A stretch of DNA of 64,000 nt from Callorhinchus milii (Eukaryota): positions 103,666,001 to 103,730,000 of the forward strand of contig NW_024704743.1 of the NCBI RefSeq assembly GCF_018977255.1, in the 5' to 3' direction. Shown one piece after another: positions 24,180-36,850 of the stretch; the first letter of the stretch is position 1, and each line of letters starts with the position of its first letter. The notes beneath the pieces were generated by a model that was not told where the DNA came from, did not search any database, and saw only the letters and a list, made by a program, of their open reading frames with translations. The translations under genes were made by a program, and so were the position numbers.

Positions 24180-24385
24180 AATCCCATCCCATCAGAATAC
24201 TACTGCACCTGTCTTCCCATTACAGCAGCAAACTGCCTCTTGAATAAGTCTAATATTCATTGTTTTTTGTAATCCACTAGTGTTGATTACCTTCTGTGCA
24301 AAGAAATAGTTCCTGTAAAATCCCCTCTGCAACAATTCCTTTCTGCGTATGTGTGGTGTTATATTCCATCCAGGTCTAGACATAT
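24180..24385 (-). mobile_element. CR1 3' fragment
   Basis: Minus strand RNYFFAQKVINT and tail-like CTGATGGGATGGGATTAAATGGG. Confidence 0.6.
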
Positions 24386-24394
24386 CCAACAATC

Positions 24395-25152
24395 ACACTC
24401 CACCTCACTGAGCCAGTCCGGAACCTTAGTGTCTTATTTGACCCTCAACTATCCTTTCTACCCCACATCCATGCCATGACCCGCTCGGCCTTCCACCACC
24501 TCCACAATATCACCTGGCTCTGCCACTGCATCATCCCTCAGGCCGTCAAAACCTCATCCACGCATTCATCACATCTAGGCTCGACTACGCCAACTCCCTG
24601 CTTGTCAGTCATTCCAACTCTTCCCTCCACAAGCTGCAGATCATCCAGAACTCTGCAGCTTGTTTCCTCTCACACACCAGGCTCTGTGACCCCATCACTC
24701 CCACCCTCGCCCGGCTCCACTGGCTCCTCATCCCTCAGAGGATAGAGTTGAAAAACTTGTTCCTCTCCTTCAAGGCCCTCCTCGGCCTTGCCCCTCCCTA
24801 CCTCTGCAACTTGCTAACTTCATAAATACCTTTCCGCTCCCTCCACTCAGCAGGCTCTGGCCTGCTCTATGTCCCCAGCCCTCCCCTGCTCCACCATCGG
24901 TGGCCGGGCCTTCAGCCTTTCTGTCTCCACCCTATGGAACACCATCTCACATTCTCTTCTCCTTGCTCCCTCCCTTGCTTCCTTTAAGGTGCATCTCAAA
25001 ACCCTCCTACCCTCCCTGCCCTCCGCATTCCCTGATCTCGATCCCCAGCTCGGGTCCAAATCCCTGACTGTCCAGATCCCTGACTGTCCAGCACCTTTGG
25101 ACATCCTTCTGACATGAAATGCACTACACAAACATTATTTGTATTGTATTAC
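24395..25152 (+). mobile_element. L2 LINE ORF2 3' end and tail
   Basis: EPVRNLSVLFDPQL...SRLDYANSLL...LHWL...GGRAFSLSVSTLWNTI; tail with (TTGTA)n end. Confidence 0.93.
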
Positions 25153-25154
25153 AT

Positions 25155-25351
25155 TCTGGAATGCCCAGAATTTATTAAATAAATTGTTGTTCAATCTTAA
25201 CTTTGAAGTTATTTTTCTGTAGTTTTTTTAATAAACTTACAGAAAACATCTTCAAAATTAAGAACAAATTCAAGAATTTGCCAAATTCTGGATTCTGATA
25301 AATTAATGGAGTAATTATTAAATTACTAGACCCAGGTGGAATTTCTGCCCC
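25155..25351 (-). mobile_element. MITE-like palindromic element
   Basis: Internal inverted segments (CCAGAATTT / AAATTCTGG; CTTAACTTTGAAG / CTTCAAAATTAAG) and terminus CTAGACCCAGGTGGAATTTCTGCCCC. Confidence 0.55.
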
Positions 25352-25439
25352 ATTATTCCATTATTAACTTTGGTTTAGGAACTTTGATTGAGACACTTAT
25401 AATAATAATAAAAATGATAATAATTTCTATACCAATTAT

Positions 25440-25720
25440 TATTTTTGACTTGGTATATCACCTTTCTCTTCAGGGGACGTCCCAAAGTGCTTCACAGGAT
25501 ATACTGTAACGTTGCACGATTGTGTGTGCTTGTGGGCAAATTCAGCAGCCACATGGCACATAGCAATGTCCCACAAACAGCCATGAAGGACCAATTTATT
25601 TGAGGGATTGTTGGCCAGGACACTGTGAGAAATTCCCTTCTCTTTTAGAAATAGTGTCATGAGATATTCAATGTCCACTTCAACAAGCAAACGGAGCCAC
25701 AGTTTAAAGTCTCATCCAAA
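25440..25720 (-). mobile_element. SINE family A, 3' two-thirds
   Basis: GGACGTCCCAAAGTGCTTCACAGG...GCAATGTCCCACAAACAGCCATGAA...CAGTTTAAAGTCTCATCC. Confidence 0.82.
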
Positions 25721-26939
25721 AAACTAATTTGTCATATATGCAAAATAGTTTTGAAGAGCAAGCATGAGTGAAATTTGTTTTGTTTCGCCCTTTGCTGTTC
25801 GCTGTTTGGGGAATATTGCAAATTTGACTGTTTTCAATATTTACTAACAGTAATATGAACTGGTGCTTTGATTATCGCTGGTCAGATCCCAATGCAGAGG
25901 ATTCCAAGAGCAGTTCCTGCTGATCCAGAGTGCCCATGGGCACTATCTGAACTTGAAAATATCCAAATGGAGGAAATGAAACACATCAGACAAATCTAAT
26001 TTGGCAACAACCTTATTTATTTTGGAGTTGAATAAAACTTTGACGCTCAACGTCTTACGATTAGCAGGCAACAGAATATAAAAAGTACTTTGTTGCGATA
26101 AATGTAAGTCAGTCATAGGAATTGATGTTTGCACAGCCTCCATTCTTCTACAGTCAGAGAGAGACTTGTTGTGACAAGGAAATGGAGTTTTCTATTTGTG
26201 CAAAGCTATAGAGTCCTTTTTTTTAGCCCCATGTTACAGTTGCTTCATGTCAGTTCTTTGTTACTGTTCCTGTCTGCTTATGTTAAGTGATATGAAACAT
26301 AGTGGCAGAAAGATCAAGACTGACGTCATTTTACCATAAATAGTATTGTATATGGACTAAATCATTTGAGCTTCATAATAACTGTAGTCGGATGCCAATC
26401 CTGCTATTCAGTTCATCCAAATAATATTGTTTGTCCATTACATGCACGCCATTACTGAACACACAGCTACAGCAGGACTGGTATGCATTTATTGGTGTTC
26501 CAGTTGAAGAAGATAATTGGGGAGGAGATTTTATGATGTGGAATTACCCCCTCCAAACTAAAGATAGTACTGAAAAATAATAATAGTTGTGGATTGAGTG
26601 ATGACTTTCAATTTTTTTTAAATGTATTTATTTGGAAGGGATTATTACCCACAGAAAGCGATATACTCATCGACTAACAATCATACAATCCCACCTGTAC
26701 ACGGAAATCCCAGAGATGTTTATTGGAATGGTATGTGCACTGTCTCTCTGGAGGGACACATCCTGCTTACTTAATTCCAGAAAGTATTAGGTGCAGGTTA
26801 GCCAAAGCCAAGGGTTTGGGTCTTCAGAGTGTGAAATGGCATACTATTAGAGTTTTACCAGCTAAAACCACCTAACTTGCTATTGAGAGCACTACCTGGT
26901 AAGCTTTCCCGCTGCTAGTCCAGTTTTGACCACCCTGCC

Positions 26940-27135
26940 TTTTATTCCTTTGTCTTGTACGGTTAAAGGGAGGTGAGTGGGAAGAGCCCCTGGCCCCAGT
27001 GACTGGCCTGCCATTTCAATCCTCCTGATGATCCAGGGTGGCTGTGCTGTCAACAACAGTGGCCTGAAATCCTGTGGATCCTGGCTCAGGAACTGTACTA
27101 ATGAGACCACCACAGAAGGTGGGTTTAATTGCGAC
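26940..27135 (-). mobile_element. LF-SINE-like family copy 3
   Basis: Minus strand TGGTGGTCTCATTAGTACAGTTCCTGAG...GGCCACTGTTGTTGACAG...AGGATTGAAATGGCAGG. Confidence 0.55.
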
Positions 27136-28327
27136 ATTCTGTTTTTATGTTAGTATAAATATGCTACAGCCTCCTGCAGTTCGGACCAAAATGGCAAATT
27201 GGACAGTTGGTAAAAAGAGGAACATATTCTTTGAATTGAAACTTCAATATGAAATATTTTCAGATATTTCTGCCTTTGCTATAAATCTCTGTCTCTTAGA
27301 CATAAGTCAGTTCTGTACAGAGAGGTACAGCTCCTCTTACCAGATCTTCCTCTGAAGCTATCACAGAGCCTGTTATCCCTCACTCAATTTGATAGCTTTG
27401 AAAACACCTCACCACAGAGGGATCACACCTGGCCACAAAGCGATCACACCTGGTCCTGCAGGTACTATTAATAATGGTCTCTCTCTTCACAAACAAAATC
27501 ACAATTGATCACATACATCTGAGACCAGCTCACACTTGCTAAACATTTTACAGGGCAGAATCTCATTATTCTTTTATCATACTACTCCCAAGGTACACAA
27601 TCTCCATTTTGAAGAATAGCTAGCTGTACAATACAACTTACATTCATATAACTCCTTTCACATCGCGAGGACATCCCAAAGCATTTTCACAGTGCCCAGC
27701 ATGGATTAATCTTACTCTGGTCTGACATTTAATAATCTTTAACAAAAATAGAAACATGTTGTGTATTATTGTGAGGAGATTGACAGGGCTGACATAATAC
27801 ACGGTATAAATAATAATAATAATAATCCTTGCATTTGATATAGCACCTTATCACATCTTCGAGACATCTCAAAGCGCTTCACAGAATATACTGTAAAGTG
27901 AATTGACTGTGGGCGAAATAAAGGAGAAATAGCCATGGCTCCTGAAGGTAATAGAGCATGTCCAGATTCCAATTATATACTAGATATGGGCCAGGGTGAT
28001 TCACTCTGTGCTCCTGCCTTGAGTCGATCCCTCCCACGTGGTTGCAAGGTGACATGACCTTGTAAAACTCCCTCACATTCCCTCAAGAGCCCTATTGCAT
28101 GTCAGCTTGTAAGCCTTTGCTATTCTAATAGCAAGTAGACCATTCTAATGTCCATCTTTCAGGAAATTTCAGGATGGAAGTGGAATCAATGCAAAAACAA
28201 ACAGCCCGAACTGACATTATCTTGTTCAAAATTTGTTTCCTGGAACTTTGCCCCCTCATTCGAAGAGACAAATGCAATAATCCCATATTATACGTATACT
28301 TATGTGTACCTCCAATTATACGTATAC

Positions 28328-28535
28328 TTAATAATCCCTCCAAAAAATATAATAAATTGGTCATTTTCAATCCATGACTGTTTGTGGGACACTGCTGTGC
28401 GCAATTGGCTGCCGCGTTCACCCACAAATATACAGTCAATTCACTTTACAGTATATTCTGTGAAGCTCTTTGGGACGTCTAGAAGACGTGAAAAGCGCTA
28501 TATCAAATGCAAGGATTATTATTATTATTATTATT
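28328..28535 (+). mobile_element. SINE family B, 3' part
   Basis: TAATAATCCCTCC...GTTTGTGGGACACTGCTGTGCGCAATTGGCTGCC...GACGTCTAGAAGACGTGAAAAGCGCT...(TTA)n. Confidence 0.9.
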
Positions 28536-29526
28536 ACTTGTACACAGTAGATGGAAGCCAGGACTTTTTAAGAAGTGTAGAAAAGTAACTTCCAAATTAA
28601 GGCAGAATTTTTTTTAAAAATTGTGAAAATCTACACGATCTTTTAAGACAAAATGGCTGTAAACACTAGGTGGAATTTCATGCCTACTTAAAATCTTGGG
28701 TTCCTTAGTAGACCAATAGAAATTGGTGGGGACATGATCCTTTTAGCTAACCTTTGTCACTATGCATGTAAATTTCCCATCATTTTTCAAATCACAAACA
28801 TTTTAGTCTATACCCTGCAGCATCTAGATCTCAACCTGTATAATGTTCGTAGAACATTTACATATTTAATTAGTGCCTTACAGTTGGGAATTCAAACTGG
28901 AACTGCAACAGAGACTGGAACTATTTCCCTTCACTGGTAAGCACTGCCACCCACTGACTAAATAATTATCCCCAGTGTGACGAGCACACAGCACTGCACT
29001 ACCACCCACTGTGTATGTCAACTCGATGTTACTCACTGTGGGGGATCAGCAACACTTTGAAGACAGTTCCATTGGTTAAATTCACCCTGTGAACGAACAA
29101 AAAGAGGTTCAAAATATCAAATACAAATTGAAGGATTTAAAGGATGTTAAAGCTGCACAAAACATCAATCTCAAAAATTGCTTGCTTCACGATCTATAAT
29201 GTATTCCAAGTGAAGACATTACAGAGATAGATAGAAACTTGCCCCAATAAGTGACCAAAGCATTTTCACAACAGACTTGGGTGGTCATCAGTATCATAAG
29301 GACACAGTTAAACTGCAGATACCGATGAGTAATAGTAGGTGCAGCTTCTTTTTCCACTAGAGTCATAGAAAGATATCTAAGTACTTGAGCTCTGAAGACG
29401 TTCTTCTGTGAAGATGGCTGTTACTCAAATAGATGAAGGGCTAGCCATGACCTGGGAGAAAAAGAATCATGTAAGATAGTTAATATTATCTTTACAGTTT
29501 ATACAATAGTTTATGCTATCTGTATC

Positions 29527-29889
29527 TGGAGTCCTGTAGCTAAGTGGTTAGAGCACTCGCCTCACAAACAAGAGACCTGGGTTCGATTCCCAGCAGGGTG
29601 AAATGTTGGGCAAAGTTTGCTTACTCCACATGCCTCTGTTTACCTAGTAGTAAGTAGGAGCCTGGTTGTTCGTCGATTGGCAGAACGCTTTTCCGGGGGC
29701 AATAATTCCTTTAAAAAAATGGTCACTTCAATCCACGACTGTTTGTGGGGCACTGCTGTGCGCAATTGTCTGCCACGTTTTGCCCACAAAATACACAGTC
29801 AATTTACTTTACAGTATACTCTGTGAAGCATTTTGAGACGTCTCAAAGACATGATAAGGCACTATATCAAATGCAAGGATTATTATTAT
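29527..29889 (+). mobile_element. SINE family B long form, full length
   Basis: tRNA head (A box TAGCTAAGTGG, B box GGTTCGATTCC), middle domain CTCTGTTTACCTAGTAGTAAGTAGG..., Deu 3' part, L2-type tail. Confidence 0.9.
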
Positions 29890-31629
29890 ATACTCTTGTA
29901 CGCTTTTAGTTTTCCCACAAAACCATTATGGTTGGGAAAAAATGTCTTCCAAGCCTCGACCAAGAAGTCCGTGATGTATTCCATGGCTTCCTCTGATACT
30001 TCCTACCAGTCTACTTTCAGCCTGCTTGTTATCCTGCCACCTCTACTGAAGCCTGTCCATTTTGAGTATTCATTCTGAATGTGCCCATCTGTCCCATGGA
30101 AAAAATGACATTGGTTAGAGCACCAGGTGATGCCACAGACATCAATGAGGGAAAGCAACAGTTCCAAGCACCACGAATCTTGCAGACAAACTGGAGGCTA
30201 CAAGATCAGCAGACGTGAAAAGGGTTCCTGGGGGTATGTTACTACGCAGAGAATCCAATTGTTGATGAGCCAAGAGATGCTGGGCTGCATTCAAAGTTGT
30301 TTCACAAGTTCAACATGTGGCAGGTTAGGGACCCACCTCGGGGATTACAACGGAATCATTTGCTGCCAAATGACTCCACACATTTTGAAGGAAATTTCCA
30401 CCTGCTCATGAGATCCAAACATTCTTTGTAAAGTATCCAACAGTAATGCTATAACGTCCAGTTAGCTTATGCTAGTTAGCTTACTGTACCTGCTGTCCAA
30501 TCCGCTATGTTGGACCCTTCCATAAATGAACAGTAGCCTTAAAGCAACCTGAAATAATAGAATTCACAGAGGAAAATTAATCTGGGCTGAAGCTCGCCCA
30601 TTAATGATGCCCAAACAGTATAAAATTTTTAATACAACAAAAAAAGACCTACAGAAAGCTGATGGGAATTTAGCACGCATGGCAGTACAGTATTTTACTC
30701 TGCAAATTCCATCATTAACTCTACAAATGTTAGACTTGAATCTTTAGCTTGTAATCTTTATTTTGAGCTCAATGCTTAGCAGAAAATGTATGCCTGCAAT
30801 TAAGGCAATAAGCAACAGTTGGGTCAGGAAAGGAATCTCAATAGATCTTTGGAGCAACCACTGACGAATTTACACATAGTTTGCAACAATTCTCTGCATC
30901 GATGATGCATTTGTTGACGTAAATTGTCAGTGGATTCAGACACTGAGATAACCATAAGATGGTTGTGTGAGTTGCACATGTTTAATATCAGTATCAATTT
31001 TACCGAAAGGTATAGTTACCGATCCAGAGAAGAAGTAGTTGCAGGAATTTCTCCTTTCTTTTTGTCTTCTCTTGTTTTCATCTTTCTGTTCTAGCAGCTA
31101 CACCAGCTACACTTATACCCAACTTGTTTGCTTAGCCTTTCCTTCAACTCCAGCTGCAAGATCATTTGGTTTGCCTGACAGATGCCATCTTCTTGTTTTT
31201 ACGACCTCACCTAACAAAGACCATCTCATTTGAGCATTCCTTCTCTACATGACTTCTCGAGTAAAAACAAGGGCATTAGAGAAGGAGACTTAATTTTTTT
31301 TCAGCCATGCCCCGAAGGCCACCTCGTTATTATACACCAACTTCTTTGTTTTAATTCTCACATAAGACAAGGACCATCTGGTGACACATCCTTTCTCCTC
31401 ATTAACATACCAAAGCAAGAAAGGAAAGGATTACAAGCATCAGTCAGGTATAACAACAAACATTAATCAGTCACAATGTCACAAAGTTATCAATACAATC
31501 TTATTTAAAGGCACAGCAGTACAAATGTTCAGTTATTTTCCATCACAGGTAAAAATGCATAGTAGCACAACAAAAACCCCAATAGAGCATCAGAAACTTA
31601 TGTCAAGCATCAATTCAGGCTAAAACAAC

Positions 31630-31815
31630 TCACCCATAATGCTTCACATTCATCAACTTTTGTTATGAATCTGTTTCAGGTATTCACTGCTGTGTGAGAA
31701 TTGTTTTCTGATGTCTAGCCTTGCTTCAATTTTTCTTATAAACCCCTGTCTCTAGTTCTGCTCTCACAGATTAAGTCAAATATCTTGTTTACATCTGTAC
31801 CATCTATGTCTCTCA
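31630..31815 (-). mobile_element. CR1 3' fragment, degraded
   Basis: Minus strand GAACTAGAGACAGGG...GGCTAGACATCAGAAAACAATTCTCACAC..GTGAATACCTG. Confidence 0.55.
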
Positions 31816-31817
31816 AC

Positions 31818-32165
31818 ACCAACAACAATAACAACAACTTGCATTTATCCTTCATGTACTATAACATCTTAGAGTGCTATACACTGCCAGGGTTGGTTGC
31901 CAAGCAAGAGAGAACAAGAAGAGGAAGGTAACCTTTGGTAAAGTCAATAAGATTTTCAGATTGAATTGAAAATAGGCAAGGCGGAGGGATTGAGGCAGGG
32001 AGTTTCAGAGGTTGGGCGTGTCGTGACTGATTCATGGTCACCGATGGTGGTGCGGAGGGCTCAGGGAGGCACAATAGGACTCTTTTACTTGAGCGAAAGA
32101 AGCTGACAGAGGAGTTGGGGTACGAGCAGCTCAGAGAGATAGGGAGGTGTTAGAGCATGAAGGAA
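31818..32165 (-). mobile_element. Older L2 3' end
   Basis: CAACAACAACTTGCATTT tail on +; minus strand HAQPLKLPASIP corresponds to the AP.LWNSLP region. Confidence 0.6.
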
Positions 32166-32224
32166 TGTTATTGATAAATAAAAACATGAGTTATCTCTGC
32201 AAATCATCCTTGCTGTTAGAAACA

Positions 32225-32782
32225 CAGAACCATAGAATTATACAGTATAGAAGCAGGTCATTCAGCCCATCATGTCTGTGCCAGCTCTTTGAAAAGAGCT
32301 ACCCAAATGAATTCCACTTCCCCGCGCTCTCCCCATAGCCTTGCAATCTTGTCCTCCCCAAATAATTATCTACTTCTTATCGAATCGATTTCCACCACCC
32401 TTTCAGGCAATACATTCCAGATCCGAACAACTCACTGTGTTAAAAATTTCTCCTCACCACCCCTTTGTTTCTTTTAACAACTATTTTAAATCGGTGTCCT
32501 CGGGTTACCGATCCACCTGCCAGTGGAAATAATTTCTCCTCGTTCACCCTATCGAATCCCCTCATAATTTTGAAATTTTCTATTAAGTCTCCTCTTAACC
32601 TTTTCTGCTCCAAGGAAAATAATCCTAGCTTCTCTAGCCTCTCCTAATACCTGCAGTCCCTCATTCCTGGTAGCATCCTGGTAAATCTCCAATGCCTTGA
32701 CCTCCTTCCTAAAGTGTGGAGCCCAGAACTGAACATAGTACTCTAACTGAGGCCTAACCAGTGTTTTATGAAGGTTCATCAT
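32225..32782 (-). mobile_element. CR1 LINE ORF2 3' end and tail
   Basis: MMNLHKTLVRPQLEYYVQFWAPHFRKEVKALE; TRGHRFK; tail reversed as CATAGAA..ATACAG..GAAGCAGGTCATTCAGCCCATC. Confidence 0.92.
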
Positions 32783-33443
32783 TCATTGTTCATCAATAAA
32801 TTATCTGCAATGCCAATGTTCTTTTACAAATGTGCCCAAAATAGCCCACAATGGTGGAACAATGCGGGATTTGATACAAAAATGTTCTAGTGATAACTGT
32901 CACGTTTTCAGAAGCTTTGTTTCTGACAATGTCCCAGTCAATCACGGCCTAGCATTACAAAAATGGTTGGACCTGAAAAGCCACTTGATTCAGCCTCTAT
33001 TGCCATTAAACATACCTCTCCACATATTTAAATGTTCATTCATGGGATATCAGCTTAACTAAATTTGTAGTCCTGTAAAATTTGTGTTTGATTCTGTAAC
33101 ATGTTGATAAGGAATTACCTGGCTGTATTAAAGGCATTAAGACACACAGCAACATATTCTAATCGATAACTTACAAATTTTTAAACTTTAAAAGCATGCT
33201 GGAACCCATTATCTCTTCCAAATTTAGCTCTTAGAAGGACCTTTCTGCTGATATATAACATAACATCCATTGCTAACACAGATAAAAACTATCTTTGGAT
33301 ACTTGTGTTCTCCCATCATAGTTTTCCAAGAAAATTCCTAACTTGTCCTTATTAGTTCTCTGCTTGAAACATTAGCATCTTTCGTTTTTATGCTGCTCAA
33401 TGTGGTGTGCATTACCAGTATTTTTCTGTGTTGTTATACAGTT

Positions 33444-34190
33444 ATACAATACAAGACAATACAAAATTACATTTGTACAGCACCTTTCATGTCCGGAGGA
33501 TGTCCCAAGGCACTGGACTGTCAGGGATTTGGACCTGAGCGGAAGAGAGGTGGGTGGGGTGTGTTGGAATCAGGGAGGGTGGAAGGCAGGAAGGATAGGA
33601 GGGTGGCCGAAGGTGGGTTGAAGAGGAAGGTCTGGAGACATGCCTTCAAGGATACAAGGGAGAGAGCAAGGCAAAGGGATTGTGCGATGGAGAGAGGCTG
33701 AAGGCCCAACCGCCAATGGTGAGCAGGGCCGGGCTTGCAGGAGATGTTAAGCAGGCCGGAACCTGCTGTGCGGAGGCAGCAGACAGGTTGATATGGGGGA
33801 TGGGGAGCTAGTGGAGGCAGCCAAGGGTGGGGTGATAGGGTCACAGAGCCTCGTGCGGAAGAGGACACAAGCTGCAGAATTCTGGATGATCTGCAGCTTG
33901 TGGACAGAAGAGTCAGGAAGGCCGACTAGTAGGGAGTTGACGTAGTTAAGCTTAGATATAATGAACGGGATGATAAGGATTTTGGCGGCCTGAGGGGTGA
34001 GGAGGTGGCAGAGCCAGGTGATGTTGCGGAGGTGGGGCAAGTCAGACCAGGTCATGGCATGGATGTGGGGTAGAAAGGACAGTTGAGGGTCAAACAAGTC
34101 GTCAAGGTTCCGGACTGGCTCAGTGAGATGGAGTGCGCATCCATGGATGGTGATGCTGACAGGAACCAATCAGGGAGCCTCGGTCTTGTT
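33444..34190 (-). mobile_element. L2 LINE ORF2 3' end and tail
   Basis: EPVRNLDDLFDPQLSFLPHI...[23 protein letters not shown]...LKACLQTFLF. Confidence 0.93.
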
Positions 34191-36529
34191 CTAACTGCAG
34201 ACCACATAAATATTCAGCATTACTAATTTGTTATATGCACTTAACACCAAATAAAACATCTCCATGTATTCCAAGGCAGGTAGATGCCTTAAATTCCAAT
34301 AGAAATATGGCCTGCATTGATAAGACTGAGCCTTTAAATACTGGTGTGCCTTTTTTTTCCATGTGACCACAGGACCATTAAAAGCCTCTTTATCATTTCA
34401 GTTTTTTTTAATATAAACGATGCCAGGAAATCTGGAACTCATCTTTCTTGATGAGTTCCATCCCAGCCTTGTAGGACCAGAAACCATAAGATTCCAAAAA
34501 GTTCTTTTATATTATTGAAATACATTATTGCAAAGATGGCACTTTTATTTGGACTTTTGTTCCTGTTAACCTTCATGTAGCTGTTAAGAAGTATCCCACT
34601 ACATCATTTATGACATGATTATCAGTAGCAAATTAATATTAACTGTCCAGACGCACAAATCTTGTGCACATTGTCCATCAAAAATCCCTATATAAATAAT
34701 CTGGAATTATCTTAATGGTGCCTGTCACAATCCAGTGTTATGGAAATCTATGACATTGTGCTATTTATGTGGAATTGAAGGCTTGACAACACTTTCTACA
34801 TAAAATTCTATCCTCAGACGTTCCGTTCTCTGAATTCCAGATCCATTTTAGACACGCGATTAATTTGCAGATCACATCAAATGATTCTCAAGTGGGCTGC
34901 TCAGTGGGGAAGAGCTACATAGATAACCCTTTAATTACAAGTTATCATGCAAAATTCAGTCAAGCTGGTTTCACATAAATATTTTTTTCTCAGCATCGTC
35001 AAGCTGTTCTATATTTATATGCAAAGAAACCTCAGAAATGGGATCAATGCTTTAATCTATATTCAAACCATCTTTCTCTGCTTATTCATCAAATAGCTGC
35101 TTCACACAGCACCACTGGTGTGGTTATGTTCCGCCCTTGACTGCCCAAACAGTTCTACGTGGCAATAACAGCAAGTTGAGTTTTAAAGATAGTAAGGTCA
35201 TTTCAGCTGCTCTCAATTGCTATCTCTGTTAAATATACTGAAGTCATGGGACAGCACCAGTCACGGCTCATGATAATAATGTATAAACAAAATTGCAAAC
35301 TATATTTAACATCGATTTGTCGTCGGAGCTGACTGGACCATGAAGGGACAAGTATTAGTTGTTTATTAACCAGTCATTAGGGAATGGTCAAAAGTTTAAC
35401 CTATTTTTAACAAGGGGTGTGAAATTCTTGAATGATTCTATCCTCAGTAGGAGTTAATTTGTTGGCTTACATTCAATTATCATGACTGGCCTCAGTTTCT
35501 GGGGTAAGGCCCTGATAGCTATGTCAGCCCACTCCATATGTGTCTGGGTTATAATTTGCATGATGCAGTTTGAAAGCGCAGCTACTCTGATATAAAATAG
35601 CAATGAATGAACTGAATGCTCCCTTGCCATTCCAATTATATCACCATGGCACCAGTCCTGCAGCTAACCAATATTCCAGATCTCACAACAGTGCCCTTCT
35701 CTTTGTTTTCTCCCAAACATCAATAGCAGCTTTGGGAAACGGAGTTCCCCTCTATACCTCTCCTAATCTTTTGGTCTATGTTTCCAACTTGATAATTTCT
35801 TAAAATGATCCCTTTAAGAATGTTCTTTCTTTTGTCTCTTTTTTTAGAAAGGAAAAGCCACTTTATTTAGACCCAACGACAGCGGGTTGGCAGACAACAC
35901 AGCACAGTCCATTCTGTATATAAGCCAGAGCATTGCTTTCAACAACAAAAAACAATTGAAATCAGACAAATATTACATTTCTTATTCTGTAATATTCTCA
36001 GCTCAACAGACTTCTGCTTTTCATGTTCAGTAGTCTCTCCAGATGAGGCAATGTGCTCTTTATTGAGTAACACATCATTAAATCTGCATTTTCGTATTCC
36101 CTTTACAGCTAGAAAGAGGGAGAAAAGCAAAAAAAGGGGTTTTAAGCTTGGAATCCAAGTAATCAGAGAACAGAGGAATGATTTTATTCTTTAAGAACAT
36201 CTGAAACTTGTAACTGGACCAGTTAAGTGTTATCAAAACAGCATTTGGTAAATTATTTGTTTCTGTATTAGGTGACATAACAACAGGATGAGGCCAGAGG
36301 CAACAGGAACAACCACAGCTGTCTTAGAAATTTAATTCTGGAGCTCACTGGAAGGACATGAAGAATGGTGATACTGTATTGCCATGGACATATGCTTTGC
36401 ATGTAATATTCTTTATTATATGCCATAAGAAGAGTAACATTTTTTTCCCCTGGTGAAAACATGCAGATAGTTTGTTGGCTTTAACAACTCAATTAATTTA
36501 TCAATGTCCAGTCATTGTTCTAAATTACC

Positions 36530-36850
36530 TTCAGTATAATGCTGGGGGTAGGTTTCTTTGTCAGAGGTGCCATCTTTCAGATGAGATGTTAACCAAGGCA
36601 CCATCTGCCTGTTCAAGTGAATGTTAAATATCCCCTGGCACTATTTGAAAAGAGAAAAGAGATTCTCTCGGTGTCCTGGCCAACAGCCTCCAAGATACAA
36701 TTAGTCATTCAGTACTTGGCTGTTTGAAGGGCAGTGGTGCGTTCCAATTGGCTACTATAATGACCTATAAATATACAATTTACAGTGAAAATCCCATGTG
36801 ACATCCTCCCAATGACCCATACCAAATGGAAGAATTATTAATTTTATTAT
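36530..36850 (+). mobile_element. SINE family A body and tail
   Basis: GTCAGAGGTGCCATCTTTCAGATGAGATGTTAA...CTGCCTGTTCAAGTG...GGCACTATTTGAAAAGAG. Confidence 0.82.

Noticed and set aside
27024..27082. Hammerhead-like CTGATGA...GAAATCCTGTGGATC
   Set aside because: Helix III is plausible but helices I and II do not close next to the core, and other family copies lack the motif
29527..29602. tRNA-Val(CAC)-like gene (also 13768-13845, 45240-45316)
   Set aside because: Continues directly into SINE body and tail, copies are mutated in stems, no poly-T terminator; SINE head rather than tRNA gene
29950..30420. Possible DIRS-type RNase H remnant
   Set aside because: Motif similarity too weak to support by eye
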